DNA of 64,000 nt, from contig JAKLGK010000010.1 of the NCBI GenBank assembly GCA_022710725.1, positions 67,190 to 131,189 of the forward strand, read 5' to 3'. A program made the translations under genes and the position numbers. Positions 12,110 to 22,426 of this stretch are shown piece by piece (within the stretch, counting starts at the first letter, position 1; every line of letters begins with the position of its first letter). The notes under the pieces are model-generated. The model was not told the origin of the DNA. It saw nothing but the letters and a program-made list of their open reading frames with translations, and searched no databases. This DNA is from Verrucomicrobiota bacterium (GTDB taxonomy: Bacteria > Verrucomicrobiota > Kiritimatiellia > CAIQIC01 > JAGNIJ01).

Positions 12110-14545
12110 TCAGAATCCCGCCCGGAGCACCTCGATGTAATCGAGCAGGTCTTTCCACGGCGAGGGAGGAAAGTCCGTGGCCTGGCTCGTTTCCACGCGT
12201 GTTTCGGGTTGCGGTTGCCCGTCGTCGCCCCGCAGTCGGATATGTAACTCGGCGGCGCGGGTCCACGGTGTTTTTTCCGTCGGGGCCTTCAGCGCCTTGG
12301 CGAGCAGCGCCCAGAGCTCGCGGGCCTGCCGCCGGGTCAGGCGGCCGAGGAGCATCCGCTCTGTTGACCCCCGCTCCAGCCAGATCTCGCCCCCCTCGGT
12401 GATGCGCAGCACTTCCTCGCCCCCCTGCGCCGGTGTGCGCAGTTCGATGGAGAAGGGCTTCATCGGTTCGGTGGGTTCGGGTACGCCCGCCGAGTCCTCG
12501 TCGGCTTCGAGCGACCGAGGGGCCACGGCCGCCGGGGCGACCATCTTGCGCGCCATGGCCGCGCCGAAGAAGAGCCCGCCGCCACGCCCTCCGACCTGCA
12601 TCGGCGCCGGTTCGCCGCCGAAGACTCCTTCGTACGACACGCCCTCGGGCATCTCGACGGGCACCTGGATCGTCACCGGGTGGCCGTCCTCGTTGACGAT
12701 CTTCTCCTCGACGGCGACGAAGGACGTGTACTCGGACATCAGCCGGTGCTTCAGCGCCAGCGCGGTGATCTCCTCGACCACGTCCTTGTCCTCGCCTCCG
12801 TAGAGCTCGGTCGAGAGTTCGCGGATGCGCGAGCGCGCCCACAGCGAGGCGACGGCCGCGTTCCCGTCCGCGGCGTCCGGCAGCTCCACGGGCAGTTCGT
12901 AGGTCACCGGCTGTCCGCTGATCTTGCCGTGGACGCGGATCGTCGCGGCGCCCGGCCGGCCGTACCGGCCGAGCACGAAGACCGGCTGCCCCGCGAACAG
13001 GTCGGGGATGCGCGCGGGATAGAGGTCCTCGACCTCAAGGCCGGCCCAGTCCACGCGGATGTGCGTGAGCACCGGGCTGCGGATGCGCTCGTAGAATTTC
13101 TTTACCGTGTCCTCGGGCTTCTCGTTGAGCAGCACGTACTTCACCTCGCCGCGGCCGACTTCGGCCATGCGCTCGAGCAGGTAGCGGTTGACCGACGAGC
13201 CGACGCCGAAGGAGAACAGGCGGGTGTCGTCGCCGAGCCGCGTCCGGATGGCGGCGAGGATTTCCTTCTCGTTGCCGATGTACCCGTCGGTCATGAAGCA
13301 CACGATGCGCAGGCGGCGCTCGCGGTTCGGGAAGTCGAGGGCCGCCTTGATGCCCTCGAGCATCTCCGTGCCGCCCTCGCCGTCGAGTCCGTTCACGTAC
13401 GACAGGCCGCGGCGGACGTTGGCCGGCGTGGCCTTGACCGGCTCCGACGCGAACGACGACGAGGCATCGGAGAACCGGATGATCTGGAACGTGTCGTCGG
13501 GATTGAGGTTCTGGAGCGCGTGCCGGACGGCCTTCTTGACCAGCGAGATCGGCTCGCCGGACATCGAGCCGGAGCAGTCGAGCACGAAGACCATCTCCTT
13601 GGGCGCGATGCGGTCGAGTTGCGGCTGGACCGGCGGCTGGAACATCAGCATGAACGCCCCTCCGTTTTCGTCCCGGTGCGCCAGGAAACCCGTCTGCGGG
13701 GCGTCGCCGGCGACGGTGTAGCGCAGCACGAAATCCTTGTTCGGCACCGTGTCGCGCGGAGCCAGGCGCACGGTCGCCGGGCCGTCGAACGGCGCGCTCC
13801 CCGGCTCGGTCACGATCTCGTGGCTCGGGCATTCAAGGGCCTGGACCGGCACGCCGGCGTCGAGCTTGACGGTGACCATGATGTCGTGGCCGTTGCGCTC
13901 GCCCGGCTTCAGCACGGGCGGCGTGATGCGCGAGGCGTCGGGCACCTGGTCCGTGTCTTCCGCCCAGCCCCCGGCCTGTTTTCCGGTCGGCTTGCCGGGG
14001 ATGTATCGCGGGCCGACGACCATGGGGAACGCGAACTCGTAGCGGCCCTGCTCGTAGGGCAGCAGGTCGTCGTAGGTGATCTCCACGACGATATCGCTCC
14101 CGGGCATGAGGTTGGCGACGGACTGGCTGAAGATGTTGGGCCGCTCCTGCTCGAGCAGCGCCGCGGTCTTCCCTTCCTGCTTGGCCTTCTCGTAAATCTG
14201 CCTGGCCTCCTCGTGCTTCTTGATCAGGCCGCGGATGACCCGGTCGCCGACCCGGATCTGCATGTCGTTGACGGCGGCGTTCTGCGGGAGCGGGAAGACG
14301 TAGACGGCCTCGATCGGCTGGTCGCACGGGTTGGTGAACGTCTGCTTCACCTTCACGCGCGCGACATACCCGCTGATCTCCGCCTCGACCTCCGTGTGCT
14401 TCAGCGGCAGGTCGATGATTGTCTCCTTGCCGTTGTCGTCCTTGATGACCGTGCTCAATGCCCCCTGCGTAGGAGCCTCGGGCTTCGCCGCGGCTGATGC
14501 GGCGCACAGACACATCACCAAACCGGAACAAAGCAGGCTCTTCAT
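12110..14545 (-). CDS. VIT + von Willebrand factor A domain protein (secreted)
   Basis: Signal peptide, a VIT-like N-terminus (LKHTEVEAEISGYVARVKVKQTF.N...VYVFPLP) and a VWA MIDAS motif (FVLDCSGSMSG). Confidence 0.85.
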   Translation of the reverse strand: MKSLLCSGLVMCLCAASAAAKPEAPTQGALSTVIKDDNGKETIIDLPLKHTEVEAEISGYVARVKVKQTFTNPCDQPIEAVYVFPLPQNAAVNDMQIRVGDRVIRGLIKKHEEARQIYEKAKQEGKTAALLEQERPNIFSQSVANLMPGSDIVVEITYDDLLPYEQGRYEFAFPMVVGPRYIPGKPTGKQAGGWAEDTDQVPDASRITPPVLKPGERNGHDIMVTVKLDAGVPVQALECPSHEIVTEPGSAPFDGPATVRLAPRDTVPNKDFVLRYTVAGDAPQTGFLAHRDENGGAFMLMFQPPVQPQLDRIAPKEMVFVLDCSGSMSGEPISLVKKAVRHALQNLNPDDTFQIIRFSDASSSFASEPVKATPANVRRGLSYVNGLDGEGGTEMLEGIKAALDFPNRERRLRIVCFMTDGYIGNEKEILAAIRTRLGDDTRLFSFGVGSSVNRYLLERMAEVGRGEVKYVLLNEKPEDTVKKFYERIRSPVLTHIRVDWAGLEVEDLYPARIPDLFAGQPVFVLGRYGRPGAATIRVHGKISGQPVTYELPVELPDAADGNAAVASLWARSRIRELSTELYGGEDKDVVEEITALALKHRLMSEYTSFVAVEEKIVNEDGHPVTIQVPVEMPEGVSYEGVFGGEPAPMQVGGRGGGLFFGAAMARKMVAPAAVAPRSLEADEDSAGVPEPTEPMKPFSIELRTPAQGGEEVLRITEGGEIWLERGSTERMLLGRLTRRQARELWALLAKALKAPTEKTPWTRAAELHIRLRGDDGQPQPETRVETSQATDFPPSPWKDLLDYIEVLRAGF

Positions 14546-15621
14546 GGCTGGTTCTCCTTCAGGGGTTCCGAAATCGTGCAGTGGACGGCCCGGACGCCGC
14601 CCGCGGGGACGTCGGCTTCGATCACGGCCTCCAGGTCCGACCGGCGGGCCAGGCGGCCTTCGTCATTCAACAGTTGCAGGTCCCAACCCGGCTGGTCGAA
14701 GGTCCGGGTCACCGAAACGAGCTGCGCGTTTGTGGCGTCGTTCACGACGCGGACCTGCCAGTGCCGGGTGCGGAAGCCCTCGGCCGGCGGCGGCATGAGC
14801 CCGTCCGCCTTGCTCTTGAGCGGGATCAGCATCACCCGCGCCTCGTTGGTCGGCGCGAAGCTCCATCCATGGGGCAGCCGCGCGGTGTACGGCTTCGCGT
14901 CGGCGGGCCGCGGCTTGCGCGGGCGATGGACGGTCTTTTTCGCCACGGTTGTCGCGTCGGTCTTGGGCGCGGGCGGTTCGCTGATTCCCGCCCCGGCCGA
15001 CCTCTCCGGCGCGAAGGCCCGGGCCGCCGCGAGCATCGGCGCGGCGGGTTGGCCCGCCGCATCAGAAAGGATCTCGTCCGCCTCGGCCAGAGCCTTGTCG
15101 CGGTCCGCGACTTCGCCCGCGATCATCGGGGCGCTATCCGCCAGCAGCATGCCGGTCGGCGGCTCAACCGGCGGCGGGACCGCGGCCGGGGGCGGCGCGG
15201 CGGCGGGTTCCGCAACGGACGCCGGCGGAATCCCCGCGACGCCGCCGCCCGCGGGGGCAGGCGATAGTTCGGTTTGCGTCAGTTCCATGGCCGGTTCCCG
15301 TCCGATGCGCGGCGCCACGATGAACACGGCCACCAGCAGGGCGGCGGCCGCGGCGGCGATCCACGCGAACGAGGGGAATCGCGACTCACTCACGGGGTGG
15401 TCGACCCGCACGCGGCGCAGGGTGTCGGCGATCAGCCGCTCGGATGCGGCCTCGGTTTCCCGAAGAGACTCCAGCGCGGCGAACCGGCGCCGCAGGAGGT
15501 CCGCGTGCTTCCGGCATTCGGCGCAGCCGGCCAGGTGCTGCTCGGTCCGGGCGCTTTCCGCTTCTTCCGCCAGCCCGAAGAGGTAGTCCAGGATCTGCTG
15601 TTCTTTCAGGTGATGGTTCAT
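14542..15621 (-). CDS. anti-sigma factor (zf-HC2 type), single-pass membrane
   Basis: MNHHLKEQQILDYL...HLAGCAECRKH, then a TM segment (FAWIAAAAAALLVAVFIVA). The start at 15621 overlaps the sigma gene stop (ATGA). The longer upstream ORF extension is Arg/Pro-rich and was rejected. Confidence 0.7.
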   Translation of the reverse strand: MNHHLKEQQILDYLFGLAEEAESARTEQHLAGCAECRKHADLLRRRFAALESLRETEAASERLIADTLRRVRVDHPVSESRFPSFAWIAAAAAALLVAVFIVAPRIGREPAMELTQTELSPAPAGGGVAGIPPASVAEPAAAPPPAAVPPPVEPPTGMLLADSAPMIAGEVADRDKALAEADEILSDAAGQPAAPMLAAARAFAPERSAGAGISEPPAPKTDATTVAKKTVHRPRKPRPADAKPYTARLPHGWSFAPTNEARVMLIPLKSKADGLMPPPAEGFRTRHWQVRVVNDATNAQLVSVTRTFDQPGWDLQLLNDEGRLARRSDLEAVIEADVPAGGVRAVHCTISEPLKENQP

Positions 15622-16214
15622 GAGGCGCCTCCCGCGGCGTGGCCCGGCGCCAGGTCGGGCAGCGCGCGCGCCAGGGACCGGAGCGCGCGGGACATCTGTT
15701 TCTTGATCGTGCCGAGCGAGCGGCCCAGGGCGCGGGCCGCCTCGGGGTAGGTGAAGCCCTCGAAGTAGGTCAGCGACAGGATCGCCCGCTGGGCCGGGCT
15801 TAACCGCTCCACGGCGCCGCGCACGCGCGCGCGGAGGTCGGCGGCCGCGGCGCAGTCGGCGGGGCCGGCGGCCGGGTCGGCAATGCGGTCGGCGAGGGAG
15901 TGATGTTCCTCGGATTGTTCGTCCATGGAGAGCAGGACGGGCGTGCGCTTCCGGCGTCGCAGTTCGTCCACGGCCAGGCGGGTGGCGATGGTGTAGAGCC
16001 ACGGCTTGAAGCGGCCGTCGGGCCGGAAGTTCTGTGCGTGGCGGTGGACGCGCACGAAAGTTTCCTGGAAGAGATCCTCGGCCTGGTGGGGATTCGAGCT
16101 CATGCGGGTCAGGTAGCCCAGCAGCGGGCCGGAATGCCGGCGCACCAGTTGCGCCAGGGCCGTTTCGTCGCCTTGCCCGTAAGCTTGCATCAGCGTCTCG
16201 TCCGTCGGTTCCAT
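15618..16214 (-). CDS. ECF-type RNA polymerase sigma-70 factor
   Basis: Region 2 (DLFQETFVRVHRH) and region 4 HTH (LSPAQRAILSLTYFEGFTYPEAARALGRSLGTIKKQMSRA). The start is uncertain (16214 or 16244; the ORF is open to 16415). Confidence 0.85.
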   Translation of the reverse strand: MEPTDETLMQAYGQGDETALAQLVRRHSGPLLGYLTRMSSNPHQAEDLFQETFVRVHRHAQNFRPDGRFKPWLYTIATRLAVDELRRRKRTPVLLSMDEQSEEHHSLADRIADPAAGPADCAAAADLRARVRGAVERLSPAQRAILSLTYFEGFTYPEAARALGRSLGTIKKQMSRALRSLARALPDLAPGHAAGGAS

Positions 16215-16466
16215 GGCGGCGCCTTCACCGTCCTGCTTTTCCATACGGCCGGGGGCCGCGCCCGGTTGACAGGAAAAGAGCAGCCACAGGCGGAAAAAGG
16301 GCGGGAGCGCCGTTCGCCGGGACCGAGGCTGGCCTGGAATGGTGAACATACCCATGAATCGACGGATGCCCGCTGGCTTGTATTCAGTATGCCCGTTCGC
16401 CGGCCGGTTGCCCACTAAATCCGCTTCGCCCTTGAGCGCGAAGGATCAGCGCGCTACCGTAGGGCC

Positions 16467-17240
16467 ATGTTTCCGCTCCGCGACGACAATCCCACGCTGC
16501 GCGCATCGGTGGCCACGATGGCGATTGTCGCCGTCAACGCGCTGGTGTGGATCTTCGTGCAGCGGCTGGGCATGGACCCCGGCTTGAGCGAATCGGTATG
16601 GCGGTTCGGCCTGATCCCCGGCGAGCTGCTGGGCCGGGTGCGGCCGGGGACCGAGGTGCCGGCGGGGCCGGGCCTGGTCGCGGTGCTCGACGGCGCGCCG
16701 AACTGGTGGAGCGTGCTGACCTCCATGTTCATGCACGGCGGCTGGATGCACATCATCGGCAACATGTGGTTCCTCCTGGTCTTCGGCGACAACGTCGAGG
16801 ACGCCATGGGGCCGGTCCGGTTCGTGGTCTTCTACCTCCTCTGCGGGCTCGCCGCGGCGGCGGCGCAGATGCTGTCGGGCCCGTCGAGCCTGGTGCCGAT
16901 GGTGGGCGCGTCGGGGGCGATCGGCGGAGTAATGGGCGCCTACCTGGTGTTGTACCCGCATGCGCCCGTGCACCTGCTGGTCTGGATCGGTTTCTACGCC
17001 AACCGCGTGGTGGTCCCGGCGTTCTTCATGCTGGGCTACTGGTTCCTGCTGCAGCTGGTCGCCGGCGCGTTCGACACGGGGCACGGCGGCGTGGCGTTCT
17101 GGGCGCACGTCGGCGGGTTCGCGGCCGGCGCGCTGCTGGTGCGCCCGTTCTGCAATCCGGCCCGGCTCGCGGCCTTCCGCGACCGCCGCGCGCGGCTGTG
17201 GAGCGCCCGGAATCCGGGCGGCTACGGCCGCTGGGCGTGA
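16467..17240 (+). CDS. rhomboid family intramembrane serine protease
   Basis: WMHIIGNMWFLLVFG and GASGAIGGVMGAY motifs, with multiple TM segments. Confidence 0.85.
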   Translation: MFPLRDDNPTLRASVATMAIVAVNALVWIFVQRLGMDPGLSESVWRFGLIPGELLGRVRPGTEVPAGPGLVAVLDGAPNWWSVLTSMFMHGGWMHIIGNMWFLLVFGDNVEDAMGPVRFVVFYLLCGLAAAAAQMLSGPSSLVPMVGASGAIGGVMGAYLVLYPHAPVHLLVWIGFYANRVVVPAFFMLGYWFLLQLVAGAFDTGHGGVAFWAHVGGFAAGALLVRPFCNPARLAAFRDRRARLWSARNPGGYGRWA

Positions 17241-17247
17241 CGCGGGC

Positions 17248-18090
17248 TCAGTAGACTTCCGGCACGAAGGTCTGGTCGGTGATCGGCGGCCGCTCGTAGC
17301 CGGTGTCCGGCTGGCGGCGCGGAAGCTTGAGCTTCACCGGCGTCAGGTCCTTGTAGGGGATGATCGAGAGCAGGTGGTGGATGCAGTTGAGCCGGGCCCG
17401 CCGCTTGTCGTCGGCCTCGACCACGTACCAGGGCGCCTGCTTGATGTCGGTGTACTTGAACATCTCGTCCTTGGCCTTCGAGTAGTCCACCCAGCGCGCG
17501 CGGGACTGCAGGTCCATCGGGCTCAACTTCCAGCGCTTGGTCCAGTCGTGGATGCGGTCCTGGAACCGGCGCTCCTGCTCCTCGTCGCTGACGGAGAACC
17601 AGTACTTGATCAGGATGAGGCCCGAGCGGATGAGCATGCGCTCGAACTCCGGGCAGGACCGGAGGAATTCCTCGTACTCCGTCTCCGTGCAGAACCCCAT
17701 CACGCGCTCGACGCCGGCGCGGTTGTACCAGCTGCGGTCGAAGAGGACCATCTCGCCGGCGGCCGGCAGGTGGGCGACGTAGCGCTGGAAGTACCACTGC
17801 GTCTTCTCGCGCTCCGTGGGCGTGCCGAGGGCGACGACCCGGCAGATGCGGGGGTTCAGCGACTCGGTGATCCGCTTGATCGCGCCGCCCTTGCCGGCGG
17901 CGTCGCGGCCCTCGAAGAGCACGACGACGCGGAGCCCCTTGTACTTGATCCACTCCTGGAGCTTGACCAGCTCGACCTGGAGCTTGCCGAGTTCCTTCTC
18001 GTAGGCCTTCCGCTTCAGCTTCCCGTGCGGCGCGTCATCCTTCTCTTCGTCCCCGCCGCGATCCTGGCCGCCTTTCTTTTCCTTGGACAT
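17248..18090 (-). CDS. ppk2: polyphosphate kinase 2
   Basis: VVVLFEGRDAAGKGGAIKRITE (P-loop), FDRSWYNRAGVERVMGF. The start was moved to the ATG at 18090, preceded by GGGAGG. Confidence 0.9.
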   Translation of the reverse strand: MSKEKKGGQDRGGDEEKDDAPHGKLKRKAYEKELGKLQVELVKLQEWIKYKGLRVVVLFEGRDAAGKGGAIKRITESLNPRICRVVALGTPTEREKTQWYFQRYVAHLPAAGEMVLFDRSWYNRAGVERVMGFCTETEYEEFLRSCPEFERMLIRSGLILIKYWFSVSDEEQERRFQDRIHDWTKRWKLSPMDLQSRARWVDYSKAKDEMFKYTDIKQAPWYVVEADDKRRARLNCIHHLLSIIPYKDLTPVKLKLPRRQPDTGYERPPITDQTFVPEVY

Positions 18091-18212
18091 GGTTCGCCTC
18101 CCTTGTGAGCATGCCCCGGTTACCGCCCGCAGTATAGCCGGTCCCGCGCCGGAAGCCAAGCCGCTCCGGCGCTTGTTCCGTCGCGCGAAAGCATTATGCT
18201 GGGGGGGCGGCC

Positions 18213-19313
18213 ATGAAACCCGGCCTTGCGTATTATATCAGCGCCCACGGCTACGGCCACGGGGTGCGGTCGTCCGACATCCTGCGCGCCTTCATCCGCG
18301 GCTATCCCGGCATTCCCGTCGTCATCGTCAGCGACCTGCCCGGGCCGTTCCTGCGCAACCGGCTGGCGGGCGCGCCGGCGGACATCCGGCCGGGCTCGTT
18401 CGACGTCGGGATGGTCCAGCTCGACTCCGTGCGCGTGGACGTGCCCGCGACGCTGGATCGCGTCCGGGCCCTGTGCGGGCGGCGGGAGGAACTCGTCGGG
18501 CGGGAGGCCCGGTTCCTCCGCGAGCGGGAGGTCGGGCTGGTCGTCGCGGATATTCCCGCGATGCCGCTCGAGGCCGCCCGGCGCGCCGGGATCCCGGCCG
18601 TGGCGGTCGGCAACTTTGGCTGGAACTGGATCTACGAGGAGTTCATCCCTCGCGACCCGCGCTGGGCGGAAGCCGCGGCGGCGTTCCGGGAGGGGTATGC
18701 CCGGGCCGATGTGCTGTTGCGGCTCCCGTTCCACGAGCCCATGGCCGCGTTCCGGCGGATCGAGGATATCCCGCTCGTCGCCGCGCCCGGCCGCGCGCGG
18801 CGGGAGGAGCTGGCGGCGCTGACCGGCGCGCGCCCGGACCGGACCTGGGTGCTGCTTTCCTTCACCACGCTGGAGTGGGACGGGGCCGCGCTGGACCGCG
18901 TGGAGCGGCTCGGCGCGTACGAGTTCTTCACCGTCCGGCCGCTGGAATGGTCGCGCCGCAACGTGCACGCCGTGGACCGGGAACGGATGCCGTTTTCGGA
19001 CGTGCTGGCCTCGGCGGACCTCGTGGTTTCCAAGCCGGGGTTCGGCCTGGTTTCGGAGTGCGTGGTCAACCGCAAGCCGCTGGTCTACGTCGACCGCGCG
19101 GATTTCCGCGAGCATCCCATTCTCGAGGCCGGCGTGAAGCGGTTCCTGAAACACCGGCTGCTCCCGGCGGACCGGCTGTACGCGGGCGACCTGGAGGAGG
19201 CGCTGGACGCGATCGTTCGCGAGCCGGAGCCCGCGGACGAATTGCCGGGGGGCGGAGCGGAGATCGCCGCGCGGCGGCTGGCGGAGCGGCTGGATCCCAA
19301 GAACGGGCTTTAA
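18213..19313 (+). CDS. hypothetical protein, possibly GT-B (MurG/GT28-like) glycosyltransferase fold
   Basis: N-terminal YYISAHGYGHGVRS and C-terminal SKPGFGLVSEC resemble Rossmann-type GT-B motifs. This is a weak pattern-based call. Confidence 0.45.
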   Translation: MKPGLAYYISAHGYGHGVRSSDILRAFIRGYPGIPVVIVSDLPGPFLRNRLAGAPADIRPGSFDVGMVQLDSVRVDVPATLDRVRALCGRREELVGREARFLREREVGLVVADIPAMPLEAARRAGIPAVAVGNFGWNWIYEEFIPRDPRWAEAAAAFREGYARADVLLRLPFHEPMAAFRRIEDIPLVAAPGRARREELAALTGARPDRTWVLLSFTTLEWDGAALDRVERLGAYEFFTVRPLEWSRRNVHAVDRERMPFSDVLASADLVVSKPGFGLVSECVVNRKPLVYVDRADFREHPILEAGVKRFLKHRLLPADRLYAGDLEEALDAIVREPEPADELPGGGAEIAARRLAERLDPKNGL

Positions 19314-19379
19314 CTGGAGCCGCTCACGGCGTATACATCAGGCCATGCCGGGGCGGAAGACCGGCCAGGAGAACAGCCC

Positions 19380-20765
19380 ATGGACAACTCGACCGGCCAG
19401 GAGAGCGGCGGGAGACTGCAGCATCCGGAGGGCTTTCGCGCGCGAAGGGGCCTGAACTGGGTTTCGCTGGGCCTGCTGTACGCTTCCTACTACATGTGCC
19501 GGTACAACTTCCGGTTCGCCACCCCGGGCATGGTGGAGGAGTTCAGCTTCACCAAGACGCAAATCGGCGACATGCTGGCCATCTGGTCGCTGGCCTACGG
19601 GACCGGCCAGTTGATCAACGGGCTGTTGTGCGACCGCATCGGGGGCAAGCGGTCCATGCTGATCGGCGCCGTGGGCACGATCCTGCTGAACCTTTTCTTC
19701 GGGTTCGGCTCGTTCGTCGGCTCGTTCGCCACCTTCTCGCTGATCTGGCTGATCAACGGCTACATGCAGTCCTTCGGCGCGCCGGGCATGGTCAAGATCA
19801 ACGCGGCCTGGTTCGCCCGGCGCGAGCGCGGGACGTTTGCCGGCATCTTCGGGTTCATGATTCAACTGGGCCAGGTGGCCATCAGCCAGTTGGCGCCGGT
19901 CATCCTCCTTGGCTTCACCTTCGGGGTGTTGGTGGTGGGCGAGGGCGAGTGGCGCTGGCTGTTCCGCATTCCGCCGCTGTTCACCGCCGCCTGCGCCGTC
20001 TTCATGGCCCTGGCCGCCAAGCCGACGCCGGACGAGGCCGGTTATCCCGGCGTCATCAAGGACGAGCTCGACGATTCCGCGGGGGTGACGGTCAGCCTCA
20101 AGGAATCCTTCAAGACGATCTTCACGCACCCGCTGGTCTGGTACTACGCCATGGCCTACGCGTGCACGGGGGCGGTCCGCACGAGTTCCGACCAGCTCGC
20201 GATCCTGTACTTCCAGGACGAGCTGGGCTTCGACATGAAGACGGAGATCCCGAACGCGGCGCGGCTCACGCTGTCGCTCATGCCCATGGTCGCCGTGCTG
20301 GGCTCGTTCCTCTCGGGCTGGGTGTCGGACAAGGTCTTCAAGGGCCACCGGTCGCCGGTGGCGATGGGGCTCTATTTCCTGGAGGCGATCGTCATCAGCG
20401 TGGCGGCGCTGGTGCTGTTGAGCGGGGCGGTCGGGCCGACGCCGGGCGGCATCTTCCTGGGCTGCCTCTTCCTCGTGCTGATCGCCTTCACGGCCAACTC
20501 GACGCACTCGGTCGTGGGGTCGGCCGCGCCGATGGACATCGGGGGCAAGAAGATGGCCGGGTTCGCGGCGGGCGTGATCGACTCGTTCCAGTATTACGGC
20601 GGGGCGATTTCGCTGGCCATCACGGGGCGCGTGCTGGACGCCACGAAGGAGCAGTACGGCTACACGTTCTGGTACGCGATCATGGCGGGCTTCGGCGTGC
20701 TGGGCGGCATCGCGATGCTGCTGGTCACGCGCAAGCAGCGGCGGCGGCACATCGTGGCGGGGTAG
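19380..20765 (+). CDS. MFS transporter, organophosphate:Pi antiporter (GlpT/UhpC-like)
   Basis: About 12 predicted TM segments. The N-terminus (YMCRYNFRFATP...GTGQLINGLLCDRIGGKR) is typical of the OPA family. Confidence 0.8.
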   Translation: MDNSTGQESGGRLQHPEGFRARRGLNWVSLGLLYASYYMCRYNFRFATPGMVEEFSFTKTQIGDMLAIWSLAYGTGQLINGLLCDRIGGKRSMLIGAVGTILLNLFFGFGSFVGSFATFSLIWLINGYMQSFGAPGMVKINAAWFARRERGTFAGIFGFMIQLGQVAISQLAPVILLGFTFGVLVVGEGEWRWLFRIPPLFTAACAVFMALAAKPTPDEAGYPGVIKDELDDSAGVTVSLKESFKTIFTHPLVWYYAMAYACTGAVRTSSDQLAILYFQDELGFDMKTEIPNAARLTLSLMPMVAVLGSFLSGWVSDKVFKGHRSPVAMGLYFLEAIVISVAALVLLSGAVGPTPGGIFLGCLFLVLIAFTANSTHSVVGSAAPMDIGGKKMAGFAAGVIDSFQYYGGAISLAITGRVLDATKEQYGYTFWYAIMAGFGVLGGIAMLLVTRKQRRRHIVAG

Positions 20766-20786
20766 GGGACGAAAGGAGCGTGGATC

Positions 20787-21611
20787 GTGAAAAGAGGGAT
20801 GCTGGCTCTGGGATGCGTGCTGGCGCTGGCGGGTGGCGCCGCGGCGGCGGAACCGAAGAAGGTCTCCATCAAGGGCTCCAATACGTTCGGCGAGGAACTG
20901 GGCCCGGCGCTGATCGCCGAGTTCCGGAAGAGCCATCCGGACGTCGAGATCGCGCTGGAGTCCAGGGGCAGCGGTTCGGGCTTCGCCGCGCTGTTCGCCG
21001 GCGAATGCGACATCGCGTCGTCCTCGCGCTCCGTGAACGCGGACGAGCGGCGCCTGGTCGCGAAACGCAAGCTGGACCTCCGGAACTACACGATCGGCTA
21101 CTACGGCGTGGCCGTGATCGTCCACGCGGACAGCCCGCTGAAGGGCCTGACGGCGCGACAGGTGCGCAGCCTGTTCACCGGCCGGACGAAGAACTGGAAG
21201 GAGATCGGCGGGCCCGACGCGCCGGTGAACCTGTACATCCGCGATCCCGAGTCCGGCACGCACCTCGGGTTCCGCGAGCTGGCCATGGCCGACAAGCCGT
21301 ACGACAAGGACGCGAAGATGTTCGACCACTACGCGGCCATCGCCCGGGCCGTGGCCGCCGACCCGGCCGGTGTGGGCTACGTGGACATGGCCGTCGCGAA
21401 GCAGGACGGAATCCGCGTCGTCAGCATCAACAAGATCCGACCGAGCGTGGAGACGATCAACGACGGGACCTACCCGTACGCCCGCCAGCTGCATCTCTAC
21501 ACGATCCGGAGCCGCGAATCGAAGGCCGCCAAGGCGTTCATCGACTACATCCGGTCGCGCGCGGGGCAGAGGAAGCTGACGGAACTCGGCTACGTCCGCC
21601 GCTTCGAGTAA
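20787..21611 (+). CDS. PstS-family phosphate-binding periplasmic protein (GTG start)
   Basis: Signal peptide, GSNTFGEELGPAL...SRGSGSGF..., YPYARQLHLYT. This is a PBP-like type 2 fold pattern. Confidence 0.75.
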   Translation: MKRGMLALGCVLALAGGAAAAEPKKVSIKGSNTFGEELGPALIAEFRKSHPDVEIALESRGSGSGFAALFAGECDIASSSRSVNADERRLVAKRKLDLRNYTIGYYGVAVIVHADSPLKGLTARQVRSLFTGRTKNWKEIGGPDAPVNLYIRDPESGTHLGFRELAMADKPYDKDAKMFDHYAAIARAVAADPAGVGYVDMAVAKQDGIRVVSINKIRPSVETINDGTYPYARQLHLYTIRSRESKAAKAFIDYIRSRAGQRKLTELGYVRRFE

Positions 21612-21630
21612 GCGCCGCCGCCCCTCTTTC

Positions 21631-21658
21631 TTGACAATCCGGCCCGCCTTTTTACACT
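21631..21658 (+). promoter_or_regulatory. candidate sigma-70-like promoter upstream of exbB
   Basis: TTGACA (21631-21636), a 16-nt spacer, then TACACT (21653-21658), about 30 nt before the ExbB start. Consensus matching by eye only. Confidence 0.3.
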
Positions 21659-21688
21659 GGCCGGGCGGTCAATTCCGAAAGAGAGGAC

Positions 21689-22426
21689 GTGTCTATGTGG
21701 AAGCGCGCGGGCGGGTGGGCGGTTGGGTTGGCGGTGGCGGCCGGGCCGGCCTGGGCCCAGGCGGGGGAGGCTGCGCCGAAGGGTTCCGGGCAGGGCATGA
21801 ACCTGGTGGAGATCTTCAAGGCCGGCGGCTGGCTGATGTATCCGATCGCGGCCCTTTCCGTGCTCGCCGTGGCTTTCATCCTGTACCTCCTGATCGTCCT
21901 GCGCGCGGAGGCCGTGGCCCCGCGCCGCTGGCTGCAGAAGGTTTTTGAACTGCTCCGGCAGGGTCACGCGGACGAGGCCCGCGGGCTCTGCGACGGCCGG
22001 CCCTCTCCCCTGGCCGCCGTGACCGCCGCCGCCCTGGATTATGTCGCGGAGGCGAAACCCGTCCAGCCCGACATGCTCAAGGAGATCATGGTGGGCGAGG
22101 GCATCCGCCAGGCGACCCGCATCCAGAACCAGGTGCAATACCTGATGGATATCGCGGTCATCGCTCCCATGATCGGGCTGCTCGGCACGGTGGTCGGCAT
22201 GCTCCAGGCCTTCAACGCCATCGCCCTCGACCTGGCCAAGGCCAAGCCCATGCTGCTCGCCGCCGGCGTCTCGCTGGCCCTGATCACCACGGTGGCCGGG
22301 CTGGTCGTCGCGATCCCGGCGATGATCTTCTACGCCTACTTCCGCAACCGGTCCTCGGCCGTCGTCGCCCGCCTCGAAATGGCGTCCACCGACCTGCTGA
22401 CCCACCTCCTCGGGCGCGCGTCATGA
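21689..22426 (+). CDS. exbB: MotA/TolQ/ExbB proton channel protein
   Basis: IAPMIGLLGTVVGMLQAF and three TM segments. The start is GTG at 21689 or ATG at 21695. Confidence 0.85.
   Translation: MSMWKRAGGWAVGLAVAAGPAWAQAGEAAPKGSGQGMNLVEIFKAGGWLMYPIAALSVLAVAFILYLLIVLRAEAVAPRRWLQKVFELLRQGHADEARGLCDGRPSPLAAVTAAALDYVAEAKPVQPDMLKEIMVGEGIRQATRIQNQVQYLMDIAVIAPMIGLLGTVVGMLQAFNAIALDLAKAKPMLLAAGVSLALITTVAGLVVAIPAMIFYAYFRNRSSAVVARLEMASTDLLTHLLGRAS

Noticed and set aside
18083-21634. 1183-aa plus-strand ORF spanning four annotated genes
   Set aside because: It is extremely Arg/Gly/Pro-rich and lies in a different frame from the recognisable MFS and PstS-like genes on the same strand. It is also antisense to the ppk2 5' end. 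It is a GC-driven artefact.
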